64,000 bases of DNA from Chiloscyllium plagiosum (Eukaryota), in assembly GCF_004010195.1 (NCBI RefSeq), contig NC_057719.1:43029248-43093247 (forward strand), written 5' to 3'. This document shows positions 51,535-64,000 of this stretch, piece after piece. The first letter of the stretch is position 1. Each line of letters starts with the position of its first letter. A model generated the notes under the pieces. It was not told where the DNA came from. It was given only the letters and a program-made list of their open reading frames with translations, and searched no databases. The position numbers and the translations under genes were made by a program.

Positions 51535-51880
51535 AAAAATTCATTCACAGAGTGTGGATGTCACTGGCTAGGCCAGCATTTGTTGTCCATTACTACATAC
51601 TTAGAGGGAAGTTAAGAATCACCCATGTTGCTGCGGGTCTGCAGCCATAATTAGGCTAGGCTGGGAAAATTGGTTATCATCTCTGAAGGACATTAATGAG
51701 CCAGATGGGTTTTTCCTGACAGTCAACACTGGTTTTGTGGTTGTCATTAGATTCTTAATTCCAGATACGTTTTTGTTTAAATTCCATTTCTATTCCATTA
51801 TCTGCCATTTCAAACCTGGATCCCCAGAACATGACCTGTGTCTCTGGATTAATGGTCCAGTGTTTAATACTACTCGGTCA
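51535..51880 (-). mobile_element. tRNA-headed SINE (short derivative of the 4465-family LINE)
   Basis: Contains the antisense head (tctgccatt..cctggatccccagaaca..tctctggattaatggtccagtg) and the LINE tail (cactggctaggccagcatttgttg). Confidence 0.75.
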
Positions 51881-51884
51881 TCAG

Positions 51885-52090
51885 AATTAAAAACCAGAAA
51901 ATGCTGGAAAAACTCAGCAGGTACGGCAGAATCTGCAGAGAGTGAGAGAGAGAGAGAGAGACGCAGAGTTAATATTTTGTTTCCAATATGATGACACTGG
52001 CAGTTCTTAAAAAGAGTTAAACTGGACTCAACTTTAACTCTGTCCACAGATATTGCCAGGTCTGAGTTTCCTCAGTATTTAGTTTTTATT
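51885..52090. mobile_element. Decayed palindromic family B PLE-tail element
   Basis: gaaaatgctggaaaaactcagcagg..cagagttaa on the left mirrors ttaactctg..ctgagtttcctcagtattt on the right; (ga)n expansion in the left arm. Confidence 0.55.
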
Positions 52091-52685
52091 GTAGCTATAA
52101 ATTTGTTCAAATCTCACTTATTCCAGCGATGGAATTAAAGATGTCACTGAAAATCAAGTTACATAAATAATGTTGACCTTCTGCACTGGGCAAACTATCA
52201 TTCTTCCAGAGACATTTCCTGATAATTATACAGAAGGAAATGCTTCTGATGTGGTTAACAGCAGTGCCTATACAAATAAAAAAAACTGCTAAAAGTCTTC
52301 TAATCTTCATAAATTGTTGGGTCAGAGTAACTTCTCCCTTGTAAATCTGTCAGCAGTCATGTTGAGGAAGTGTGTTCATTGCTAAAGTTCAGTTGGAATT
52401 GGCTACTGATGGTGGAAGATATTTTTGGTTGCATTGCCAAGTTCTTGGGTTAAAGATTGGAAGGTAATAAAGATAAGATGTAATTTGGCCTGAAAGCTGA
52501 AAGTATTATACCACTACAAAAGTAAATACCAGTTTGTAAGAGAATATGGAAAAGTTAGCAATGAAAAAAAACATGAGATAATTGTTTAAAAACACTGTAC
52601 CTCTCATTGTTTCCATTAAAAGCACAGGACTGTGTGTGTGTGTGTGTCTTATGAGTGTGCACGCATGAGAGCAGAGCCACAATTT

Positions 52686-53035
52686 AGGCAGCTCAGTGGT
52701 TAGCACTGCTGCCTCTCAGCACCAGGTTCCAGGGTTCGATCAGAGCCTCCCGTGACTGTCGTCTGTGTTCAGTTTGCACGTTCTTCCCATATTTGCATGG
52801 GATTCCTTCAGGTGCTCCGGTTTCCTCCCCCAGTCCAAAGACGCCCAGTTCATGTGGATTGGCCATTCGAAATTGCCCATAGTGTCCAGGGATATGCAGG
52901 CTAGGTATGTTAGCTATGAAGAATGTAAGTTTATAGCGATAGGGTAGAGGGGTGAGTTTGATTGGGATGCTGTTCGGGAAGGTCGATGTGGACTTGATGG
53001 GCTAAATAGCTCACTTTCACACTAGGGATTTTATG
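52686..53035 (+). mobile_element. HE1-type V-SINE
   Basis: gctcagtggttagcactgctgcctc..gggttcgat..ggtgctccggtttcctcccccagtccaaag. Confidence 0.9.
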
Positions 53036-53879
53036 CATTCTCCTAATTGTTTTTAGAAACAATTTGCAGCAAATGGCTGTGTCCAACTGATCAATGATTT
53101 ATATAAGGTGAAAGCCTTCATTTCGTTTAAGTGTCACATTTCTGGACTTTAGTTCAAGATGTTTTGGGCCACACCTGTAGGCAGATCTTGTATTCCCTGT
53201 AATTGGGAATATGCCCATACATGCCTCATGTCTAGATCATTGTTCCTTGAATATTCAAATCATAATACTGAATTCTTGTCATACCAACTATTGGATTCTC
53301 CTCTTCACACCACCTAGGCTGAATATACACTTGTTACTAAGACTGAACTCCAGCTGTGACAGAAGAGAATTTTCTGCACTTAAAGTAGTACCAATTATTT
53401 ACCAGTCCCAGAAATAATCTCTATGACATAAACAATCTACTTGCATTGTAGAACAGATTGCCACTTAGAGTATTGGATTGGTTAACACCAGTTGACAAAG
53501 TAATTTTCTTTCAAAAGCTCTTGTTGAGAAAGAAAACCCTGCCTGGGTGACACATATTCTGTGCATTTCATTGCGAGATGCTGATGCCTCTTGCTGTCTC
53601 TCTTTCTGTTTTTTTTTAATTATTCAGGGATGTTGGCTTCACTGGCTGGGCTAGTAGTTTTTTCACATCCCTAATTATCCTCGAGGAGATGGTGATGAGT
53701 TGCCTTCTTTAACTTCTGCAGTCCATTTACTGTATTCATACTTCCTGTGTTGCTGAGTGAGAGTTTCAGGATTTTGACGGAATGGGATCTCGTTCCAAGC
53801 TGAGACAGTGAGTAGCTTGGAGTGCAATGTGCCTTGTAGGTTACAGAAGATTAGCATTAAACATCAAGGCAAAGATAGT

Positions 53880-54086
53880 CCTTGGACAGTTTGCGCTGCA
53901 GAGGGTGATGCCAACAGCATGAATTCAGTTGCACACCAGTTGAGGTTACTATGAGGGGCTCTCCTTCTCAGCCTCTCCCCTCACCTAAGGCATGGTCACC
54001 CGCAAGTTAAACCACCACCGGCTGGGTCTGTTGAATGAGAATGCATCTATTCTAATCTGTTGTTACTATGGCAATTTTACCTTTTA
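53880..54086 (+). mobile_element. Old SINE-like repeat, family unassigned
   Basis: gatgccaacagcatgaattcag..ctcagcctctcccctcacctaagg..gttaaaccaccacc..ctatggcaattttacct. Confidence 0.45.
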
Positions 54087-54849
54087 ATAAGGTAAACTGA
54101 TATTCATTATTAGCATTAACCATCAAAGCGCTGCTTCTGCCATGATCATGAGTGGGGAGAGAGAACATATTCTTTTCAATTTGAAACACGTATAGTGTTC
54201 TCTCTTTCCAAGATTGTCAGGAAAGTACCTTATTTGTAAATAAGTTGTAAATATTATAATAGGATTTTCAATCCTGCTGGCTGCAATTATTTTACACCGA
54301 TTCTTGCTATCAGTTTCATTCAATTTGCATAGCAATTTGATATGCCACTTTGAAATGAAAAGGTTACCGCTGACAGCAATCATACCCCTGCAATGAAACA
54401 TTTACAGATCTGTACTTCACGGGAAATTCTGAGAAAATTGTGAGTAGAAACTTACATTCTTCATAAATTTAAATATTTATTCTCTCTTTACTTGCACTGT
54501 CATGGGAGGAATAGCGTTTGGTTTCTGATGGTAAATTTGTCTTCTGCAACCTACATGCTCGAGCAAGAGACCGAAGAGAGAGAGAGAGAGAGCCAACAGC
54601 AACTCGCAACGAAACAAACACATGCACTAACAAACAGCCCAGACTTGGAGAGGGAGGGGGAAGGGCAATTTAATATTAACATGCAGATGCTGTTCAACCT
54701 TCCACCTGCCTGGTTGTGAGAGAGCAACGAATCCCAGTGAGACTGTAGTATTTTGAACTGAATATGAAACACAAGGTGTAACTGGCACAAGTTTGAAACT
54801 GCCATTCAACGTCCCAGCATTGGTTCAACGGTTCCAAGAATCTTGAGAA

Positions 54850-55700
54850 AAATTACAGCACAAAGAAGCTATTCAGACTGTCATGTCTGCGCCGGCTGAG
54901 TAAACTAGCCATCCATTCTAAACGAACTTTGTTGCACCCAACCTTGCAGGTTTTAGCAGTTCAGGTGCAAATGAGGTGAGAATTTCTATCTCAAACATCA
55001 AACTGGGCAGTGAATTTCAGACACTCAACCATCCCTGGGTGAAAGCAACTTTTTTCATGATACCTCTAAACTGTCCATTAATTGCCTTAAATCTGTTCCC
55101 CCTAGTGACTGACCTCTCCACTAGCGAAAATAAGTCTTCTTTGTCCACTCAATCCAAACCTGTCACTATTTTGAGCACTTCACTTAAGTGTCCTTCAGCT
55201 TACACTTGTCCTGGAGAAAACAACCACAACAATCAAATCTTTCCTCATATCTTTAATTTTCAATCCTGGCAAAATGTTTATAAGTCCCTTCTGTACTGTC
55301 TCATGCAGTTATATCATCCTTGTAAGGTGGTGATAAGGACTGTGCATAACATTGTACCTGTGACCTAAGCAGTGTCTTGTATAGTTACAACATTTAGCCA
55401 GGCTTTTGTATTTAATACCTTGCCTAACGAAGTGAAGTATTCCATATGCCACCTTTGCTACCTTTTATCTATCTGTTCTGCTACCTACAGGGATCTCTGG
55501 TCATCCACTCAAATGTCTCAATTTCCTTTATCCCCTTAATACCCTTCCACTTATTCTCTGCTCCCTTGCTTGGTTTGCCGTTCCCAAATATATAACTTCT
55601 CACTTCCCATGATTAAATTCAATTTGTCATTTCCTGCCCACTCAATCCAACTATTAATGATATTTTGGGTTCAGCAGCCATCCTCTTCACCATCAATGAC
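54850..55700 (-). mobile_element. Decayed CR1 fragment
   Basis: ggcagtgaatttcagacactcaaccatccctgggtgaaa (antisense of the FTQRVVxxWNSLP motif) and other CR1 motifs. Confidence 0.7.
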
Positions 55701-55863
55701 ACAGCATGCTATACGGTTTCCATATCCCAGGTGGGGAGTCTGAGTCTGTACCCAGCTAAAAACAAAATAGTTAGGGCAACTGATGTTTCTGAATTTCTGA
55801 GTTAGAGTCCTCCGGTTACTCTGTATGTATGGAGGCAACCTTTCTTTGAGATTATTTAGAGTA

Positions 55864-57065
55864 ATGAGTCCTAGAGATATACATCAGGGAAACAGATCTT
55901 CAGTCCAACTCATCCATGCTGACCAGATATCCTGAATAAATCTAGTCCTGTTTGCCAGCATTTGACCCATATCCCTCTAAATCCTTCCAATTCACATACC
56001 CATCCAGATGCCTTTTAAATGTTGCAGTTGTACCAGTCTCCACCATTTCCTCTGGCAGCTCATTCCATACTCTTTTTGCCTCTTTTAAATCTTTCCCCTC
56101 TCACCTTAAACCTATGCCTTGTAGTTTTGGACTGTCCCACCTCAAGGAAAAGTCCTTTATCTTTTTATCCTATCCATGTCCCTCATGATTTTATAAACCT
56201 CTGTACAGTCACCCCTCAGACTCCAAAGCATCAGGGAAAATAGCCACAGCCTATTCAGCTTCTCCCTATAGCTCAAATTCTCCAACTTGGTGACATCCTT
56301 GTAAACCTTTTCTGAATGCTTTCAAGTTGTACAAGTCCTTCTTATAGCAGGGAGACCAGAATTACATGCAGTATTCCAAAAGTGGACTACCCAATGTTCT
56401 GTACAGCCACAACATGACCTCCCAACTCCTATACCCAGTGCACTGACCAATAAAGGAAAGCATACCAAACACCGCCTTCACTATCCTATCTACCTGCGAC
56501 TCCACTTTCAAGGAGATATTAACTTGCACTCTAAGGTGTCTTTGTTCCGCAACACTCCCCAGGACCTTGCCACTAAATGTATAAGTCCTGCCTCCATATA
56601 TGTTTCCAAACTGCAGCACCTCAATTATCTAAATTAAGCTCCATTTACCACCTCTCAACTCATTGGCCCATCTGATCAAGATCCCATTATACTCTGAGGT
56701 AACCTTCTTTGCTGTCCACTACACCTCTAATGTTGCTGTCATCTGCAAACTTACTAGCCATACCTCCTATGTTCATATCCAAATCATTTATACAAATGAT
56801 GACCAGTAGTGAACCCAGCACTGATCCTTGTGGCACACCTGTGGTCACAGGCCTCCAGACTGAAAAGCAACACTCCATCACCACCCTCTGTCTTCTACCC
56901 TTAAGCCAGTTTTGTGTCCAAATGGCTAGTGTTCTCTCTATTCCATGTGATCTAATCTTGTTAATCAGTCTACCATGACGAACCTTGTCAAACGCCTTAC
57001 TGAAGTCCATATAGATCTGCCTTCATCAGTTCCACTTAATACTACTTCAAAACACTCAGTCAAGT
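55864..57065 (-). mobile_element. CR1 LINE 3' fragment including RT
   Basis: MDFSKAFDKVRHGRLI..GVPQGSVLG..SKFADDS (ORF 56687-57010) and LYRTLGSPLLEYC. Confidence 0.93.
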
Positions 57066-57689
57066 TCATGATATTATTTCATGAAGTAATCTACTGCAAA
57101 TTTTTGCCCTACCTTTGATTTTTCATAGCCTGTTTGTAAAGTTTTGACAGCAGTTTTGCCTGCCCCTCTGTTACACAAAAGCTTTTCTCCTAAAAGATAC
57201 CTGTAAACATGTAGAAAGCTAACTGATATGAATACATTTCTCAGTATTGGGGATACGTAGCCATCCATCAATATTGAAAGCTTTTAGTAATACGTTTGCT
57301 GTTGAATGTGAAAGATGTAATTCATCAATGCCAAAGACTTCCTATTCGTGTTGTGTGATTGATTCACCAAATAAGGCACTTGGTGAGGGGTTGGTGGGAG
57401 GGATAGATAATGAAGCTTGGATGTAAAGTTGTGAAATAGAAATTGAGAATCATTTAAAGTGTATACGCAAAGGTGAGGGTAGTGAATAGAGCAAATAAGA
57501 CTTGCAATGGAGGAGATGGAGAAATCCTGAGAGACATGAACAAAGTTAAAGTTAATGAGAAGTATGTACAGATGTGAAACAAGATAAATCTACAATAAAA
57601 TATGAATGCAAAAAGCAACACATGCCAAAACTGGAGGTTGTAGTGGTAAAAATGAATGGCAATGGATTGCAAATGTCATAACTCTATAT

Positions 57690-58570
57690 TCTAGAAAGTG
57701 GAAATGAATTTCATATTCGACATAATTTTTAAATTCATTTTCTGGATCAGGTGCTACGAGTAAAGCAAGCACTTCATTATCCCCTGAAAACATGTTGAGA
57801 AGAGCTAATAATGAACGATTATGGACAATGTCACAAAGGTAGTTGAACAGAACTGTTAGGTTGAGAGTTTCAGGATTTTGACCCAATGGTCCTGAGAGTC
57901 TGACCAGGTGTCTGCTATTGTGGGTATTGTACTTAACAATCAGCGTAGGTCGGCGAAGGATGGAGTGGATGATTAAGCACATGATGTGGTGTCAGGCTGT
58001 GGATAGTGTAGAGCATCTCATGCTGCAGTACCCAACCAGAAAAGTGAAGAGTGTCCCATAATACTTTTAATGTATAGAGGATGGTCCTTGCTGAGTACCT
58101 ATGTGCCATAAATGTCATTTAACACTCACCACACCTCGCCTGAACATTATCCAAGTCTTTCTGCACATAGGGATGCCTCATTACTGAATGAACTGAGAAT
58201 GGAATTGAGTATTTGAGTACAATCATGAGTAAACATTCCCACTACAGGCCTTCGGATGGAGGAGGATAATTTGATGAGACAGTTAAAGAGAATTTAGTGT
58301 GAACAAATACTGCAGCAATATCCATGGGTTGAGTTGATTAACTTTCAAGAATCAGAATTATACTATAGTTGGGGCTACAATCTATCTAATGTTACTTTGT
58401 TGTCAAGGACAGTCATTTCCCCAATACCACTGAAAAATCAAGTCTTATGTCTATGTTCGGATCAAAGCTGTCGTTCCACGGGATCCTTACAAACCCAAAG
58501 TGGTATTGCCAAATGCTACTTGCTAATATTATTGATGACTTATCCCATCATCTTACTGATGATTAAGAGA
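57690..58570 (-). mobile_element. Decayed CR1/L2-group LINE (4465/40250 family)
   Basis: Antisense similarity to 40250-41500 (ttatccaagtctttctgcacata, ccaaatgctactt, atcttactgatgattaagag). Confidence 0.5.
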
Positions 58571-58754
58571 ATCAAATCCTACAGCACAAAAATTAGGCCA
58601 TTTGGCTCCTCTTGTTTTATGGTGGCTTTTTGTAAGAGCTGTCCACTTAAAAGTATCAGATATTAGATAATGACTTTCTATTATTGGCAATAATGGTAAG
58701 TGACTTTTATGCCTGGTTTAATAATGATCTAATTGATCTAACAACTCAGCCATA

Positions 58755-59074
58755 GAGCCCGGGTGTCCTTGGAGAAGGAGCACGCGGTGTCCACCAACAC
58801 CCTGGAGTTGTTCAGGGAGAGGTGGGTGCCGCAGGGAGTGGAGTGCATTATTTCCCCCTCCAACTCTATTTTGATTTAGTCCCTGCCCTCCCCTTCACTG
58901 TTTGATCACACAGCATTGCCCTTTGATGTGAAGGGCACTGCTTGTCACTGGCCACTGGGGTATTTTCCTATCTTCCTGGTGATGGAAATTTGAATAAAGA
59001 TTCATACACCTTGTGTCTCTCACTGTGTCTCATACCTGCACAAAAACAAATTTTAAAAAATAAAAAAAAACGAC
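58755..59074 (+). mobile_element. Tx1/L1-clade LINE 3' end, young, 5'-truncated
   Basis: ARVSLEKEHAVSTNTLELFRERWVPQGVECIISPSNSILI*; aataaa; A-rich tail; 13-bp TSD caactcagccata at 58742-58754 and 59075-59087. Confidence 0.85.
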
Positions 59075-59109
59075 CAACTCAGCCATACAGCTGTGAGGAA
59101 AGTTCTAAT

Positions 59110-59520
59110 TGATCACAGGCCATTTCGCTTATTGAACCTGTCCATTGGTCAAGAAGATGATTATTCTTCTCAGTTCCACCTTACACATTATAATCATTTA
59201 CCTCATTATTTAAAAATCTGTTGGTCTCTGACTTGACTACCACTGAGCATCCACAGGTCCTGGCAATGGACAGTGTGAAATTTTGGAATTCAGAGAAATA
59301 AAAATCTAAACCTTTTTTTCCTAAATAGCTGACTGCTTAGCCTAAGGCTATGGGCCCTAGGTTTAGAATTCCTGATTGGGGAAGCCTTTTAACATCTGTC
59401 CTGGGAAGCACTTTTACAAAAATGTTTCAATAAGATGTGTCATTCTTCTCAGCTCAATAGGAGTATGGATACCTGGTTTACTCAGTCTCTCCTCTTAGGA
59501 CAGTCGCATCTTTCACCAAT
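59110..59520 (-). mobile_element. Decayed CR1 3' fragment
   Basis: caggccatttcgcttattgaacctg tail; ctgagcatccacag; ttactcagtctctcctcttagg. Confidence 0.55.
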
Positions 59521-60463
59521 CTGTCCATTTGCGGCTCTTTGCCACTAATCTCCCTTCAACTGGAGATCTACACTTCCAGTATTTATCATTGCCGAGTCCT
59601 TTCAATGGAAAGATTGCCAGAAATCATGACACGTGACTGAACCAACTTGTTGAATTTTAATTTGACGATGCTCCTGTAAAGTGATATGGGACATTTTTAC
59701 TAAAAAAAAGGCACTAAATAAATGCAGTATTTTCTTTGTATGTGGCACAATGAGCACAGAAAAACATTTCAAAGTACTTCAGTGGCTGAGCCAAAAATGA
59801 AATTTTAGTTCCGTAACCTTGGGTGAAAGAAATGGGTTTTAAGGAGGACATTTCGGAGGAATAGGAGGCAAAAAAGGTAAAGGAGAATTATTAGAGGCAG
59901 TGGAAGAGTTGGGAATCATCGTAGCTCAGCAAGGGCCAGGATGTGTCCAATGAGGCGTGCTGAAGGACAGACCATTTGCATCATAGTTTCAGATAAGCTG
60001 AGGTTTAAGGGAAATGGCACATTTCGGTGAGAATTGAAATATTTGAGTTTAGAGACAGCAGACACGTGAATGGTAATGTCAGTTAATGGACTTGGAGATA
60101 TGAATGAATGCAGAAAATAATATGGAATGGAATCTGAAGTTCGGCATGAATTTGTTTTTAACCAAAGTAATTTATACAATCTGGTTCAGCTTGATGGTGG
60201 GTAAGAGAGAAACCCTCCAAATGCTCATTTGGAAGATACTGTAGCTTATTGAAGATGGAATGTCAGATAAGCTGATTTAATTACATAGAGGAAGTTGAAA
60301 AGGTCAGGGAAGTTGACAGGAAGGGAGAGCTAAGCTTCATCAGCGTACATCTAGAGGTTGATGGAAAGCAATTAAAATGAGCTTTTCTAATCCATAATTA
60401 TCTTGAAATCTTGTAAAGTGAAACTTCAAAGAATATTTCATCTGCACTGTCTTAATTCTTTAG

Positions 60464-60615
60464 GCTGATACAAGGAGTCTCTTGGAAAACATTCTTCAGA
60501 ATTCCTTCCCGTCTGAACCCATTAAATGTTCCTTTGAAGACATCCCAACACTTGAGAAGGTTCTCAAGATAAATGGAGAAGAAAATGATGCTTATAAAGC
60601 AAACACATTAACCAG
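60464..60615 (+). CDS. CLBA1: Internal coding exon of the aftiphilin-family gene
   Basis: Acceptor cttaattctttag| and donor ccag|gtaatg; encodes ADTRSLLENILQNSFPSEPIKCSFEDIPTLEKVLKINGEENDAYKANTLT, resembling (from memory) the ENIxxxxF..EDVxTxxxxL segment that precedes the clathrin-binding box of CLBA1/aftiphilin. Confidence 0.75.
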
Positions 60616-61084
60616 GTAATGGATAATATTACAGCAAATGTGTTATATTAAAGCAACTGTGAAGCAAAATTTTGTAGCTTCAGCATCTCCGAAATAGATA
60701 GTACACTTTTATATAAACTTGGCTTAATTTTAGCAGGTACACTAACCACTGAAAATCTTGTTTTATCAACTACGTAGTTTAGGTGATAACTCTGGCACAA
60801 ACTGATATCTCATCAAGTGACCGTAAAAAGTAAGCGACAGGAATTACTATCCAAAGATGGTAAAGCCTGGTGTGAACAAGTCTCACAGAAACAAAATTCA
60901 TAACTGAATGGGAAGCTCAATGGGTAAATGTCTCCTTCTGTGCTGTGCTGTACTGTTCTGTTGCTCTTTCTGGGTCACAAAAAATATTCTAATTTGGATT
61001 TTTTTCTGTAACTGAAGCCAACTTCTTGGCTACTTCGAAAGTTTTCTGGATAGGAAAAATTGTACTACAGGAGTCTGCTATATT

Positions 61085-61360
61085 TGCCAATCAATCTGTT
61101 CAGAGATGTTGTTAGGCACATCTCTAGAGCAGAAATGACTTGAGTCTGGAACTCCTGCTTCAGAGATAGGGACATTACCACTGCACCACAGAAGCCTTTT
61201 AGTACAGAAGTGCTGACATATATTTACGATCTGGGGTCACTTGCCTAACTGAGATATTTTCCACTCATTATTATGCACCCCTCTGGAGCAGGTCAGATTT
61301 GCACACAAGCTTCCTAGTTCAGAGGTAGGGACACTGCTGCTGCATACCAAGAGCTTTTAA
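61085..61360 (-). mobile_element. Two tandem tRNA-derived SINE heads
   Basis: ctctagagcag..cagagatagggacattaccactgcaccacagaagc repeated about 160 bp later; same family as 22855-22925 (+). Confidence 0.6.
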
Positions 61361-61454
61361 TAGCTTTAATCACTTTCCGTAATCATTTTGAATCAACCAG
61401 TTCAGATATGGAATAAGGCATTGTCAGTGCAGTTGAGATTCTAACCGAGCTTTT

Positions 61455-62740
61455 TAATTGATTGATTTATTGTCATGTGTACCGAAGTACAGTGAAAAGC
61501 TATGTTTACGAGCAGTACAGGCAGATCATAGTAAGTAAGGATGTACAGCTCAAAAAGACTTAGACAGTGGTGTACAGGTTACATTGCATGGGGTGTGGGC
61601 TCGGCAAGCTCAGCATTATTTGAGGCTAGACAGTCCATTCATCAGCCGAATAACAGCCGAGAATAAGCTGTTCTTGGACCTGCTGGTGCATGTGTTCAGG
61701 CTTCTGTCTCTTCTGCTTGCTGGAAGTAGTTGTACGAGAGCATTGCTGAGATGCGAAAGGTCTTTGATGTTGGCAGCCTTTCTGCAGCACTGAGCCCTAT
61801 AAATGGAGTCCACGGATGGAAAATTGGCTTCCATGATTGCTATACAGTTACGCACCCAGACAATATGCTCTCCATGCTGCATCTGTAGGAGTTGGTGAGG
61901 ATCCTTATGGACATGCCAAATTTCCTGAGCTACCCGAGGAAGAAGAGGCCTCCTTGTGCCTTTTTGACTGTTGCATCTACATGGAAATTCCAGGACAGGT
62001 TGTCAGTTATCATCATTCCAAGGAACTTAATGTTCTCCACCCTCTCAACCTCCGTTCCATTGATGTAGATGGGGTGTGTTCGCCTCCTTTCTTTCTGAAG
62101 TCAATGATCAGTTCTTCAGTGTTGTTGACATTGAGAGAGAGGTTGTTCTCATTGCATTACATCACCAAGCCCTCTATCTCCCTTCTGTATTTTGACTCGT
62201 CATTGTTAGATATTAGTCCCACCATGGTGGTATTGTTAGCAAACTTGTAGATGGCATTCATCTGGAATTTGGCAACACATCATGGGTGTACAGAGAGTAC
62301 AGTTGGGGGAGAGGGTGGGCTGAGGATGCACCTTTTGAGGATCTCCAGTATTGAGTATTATTGTGGAGGAGGTGCTGTTGTCTATCTTCATTGATTGCAG
62401 TATGTGGGTCAGGCAGCTGAGGATCCAGTTGCAGAGGATGGAGCCAAAACCAAGGTCACAGAGTTTTGAGCTCAGTTTGGAGAGGATAATGGTGTTGAAG
62501 GCAGAGCTGTAGTCAATGAGCAGGAGCCTGACGTAGGTGTCCTTGTTGTCCAGATGTTCCAGGAATGAGTGCGGGGCTAGGTATTTGGCACATTGTGGAC
62601 CTGTTACATCGGTAGGCAAATTTTAGGGGATTGAAGCAGGCTAGAGTTGATGTGGGCCCTAACCAGCTTCTCTAAGCACTTCGTGATTATTGAGGCCAGA
62701 GCTGCTGGGTGATAGCCATTAAGGCACATTGCAGATGCTT
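61455..62740 (-). mobile_element. Rex1/Babar LINE 3' fragment
   Basis: [77 protein letters not shown]; (attg)n tail. Confidence 0.9.
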
Positions 62741-63419
62741 TCTTAACTCCAGGAGTGATCAGACAGGGAGACTACCACGGTACCACCTTTTTAATACAGG
62801 AGTCCTAACATATATTCGTAATCCGAGCTAACATTTATCCAATTGATGAGAGTGATGTTTATGCAGAGCTGCTTGTGTGGTTTGTTAAACTGGATCTATT
62901 TAACGATAGCCTACTCTTAGCAAAGGAGCATTTATTTCAAACAGAGATACTATAGAGATATCATCCTTGTCAAATAATACTCTTGAGTTTACAGATCTGG
63001 AAGTCTGCAAACTTTCATGATTTGGTCCATAAAGCCTATTGGTAAGTAATAATTGTTTATGTGAGGAGGCTGCAAGGATTACTGAGACATGTGGGTGTTG
63101 CAAAGTGTAATACCAAGCTAATATTTGGATCACACTCATCCATTCTATTTCAAAATAAAATTGATCTCCTCCTCTGCATTATGTCTTTATGGGTTTTTTT
63201 TTAAAGTAACTAAAATAGAAGTGTTTGATTTTAAAAATGAATTGGCTAACATCACTAATTCCCTCCCACAATGACCTAGAAAAGGAAACTGATTTTGAGC
63301 AGAACAGACACGTGCATGTGTGCTTTTGCACTCCGTAGATTACTTTTAAGCAGGAAGGGAATGTTGTTCAGGAAAGATACAGAAGTAAAACTTGAGATTT
63401 TCCATTGAGACTATTTTAT

Positions 63420-64000
63420 GTAAGTGGGGGAGGAGGACAAAGATACGTGAAAAATTATTTAGCGATTGGTGAAATGAAATTTAAGGGAAGGGGCAATGAA
63501 TTCTGAGATAAAAGCAACTTGACCATTAGTCAGTGAGATGTCTTAGCTTTAGGGCAACGAAGGGAAAGTAAAAGCCTTGGGTTTTGCTACTCTGTTTAAA
63601 TCAGGCAAAGTCTAACAGTTCAGGTACTCTCTCCACTGTACAGTTATTAGGTAATACGTATGTTGTGACAAGTATTATCTCCTCAAAGTCATTTTTAATT
63701 ATCATTTTGAAGGTTGTTGAGTTTCTTTTCCCAACATACATTTCACAAGCATCGTTACAAAGAGACTGTTGAATAGCACCACCAACTTCCAGACACATCC
63801 TGATAGAACAATGGAGTTGATGGAGGCCAGGAGAAATACCAAGCTGAAGTAAGGGGTAGAATCAGGAACTGGAGAGAAAGTAAGAGAAGTGAAGGTTAGA
63901 AATAATGATACAATGAGATGAAAGTACATGTAAGAGCTGTGAGTACAGGGACAAGGCTAAACACAAGTTTAGTGGAAACATCGAGAAGTCCATGGAGGAA
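63420..64000 (-). mobile_element. Decayed L2-like LINE fragment
   Basis: Purine-rich + strand and motifs like the other L2 remnants (57350-57560, 59700-60400). Confidence 0.4.

Noticed and set aside
61837..62250. 137-aa plus-strand ORF
   Set aside because: Antisense to the Rex1/Babar RT

Overview
Vertebrate, almost certainly cartilaginous-fish (shark-like) genomic DNA; this is inferred from HE1-type V-SINEs, Deu-domain SINE remnants and CR1/L2/Rex/Penelope repeats. Most of the window is decayed, often nested transposons: Penelope-like elements (PLEs), CR1, L2, Rex1/Babar, RTE, Tx1, PIF/Harbinger, Gypsy remnants and a solo LTR, a TA-targeting MITE and SINEs. There are also two 32-33 bp minisatellites. 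One host gene is recognisable: the 5' part of an aftiphilin-family gene (probably CLBA1/C14orf79) on the + strand, with a putative non-coding first exon ending at 44509 and coding exons 48869-49855 and 60464-60615. The most notable non-coding signal is a set of minimal type I hammerhead-ribozyme motifs (CUGAnGA-extra nt-stem II-GAAA-palindromic stem III) carried by at least four distinct PLE-tail families. One copy has a fully intact core (12076-12112, minus strand), and several short elements are head-to-head palindromes flanked by target-site duplications. All family assignments come from recognised motifs, not database searches, and many boundaries are approximate.
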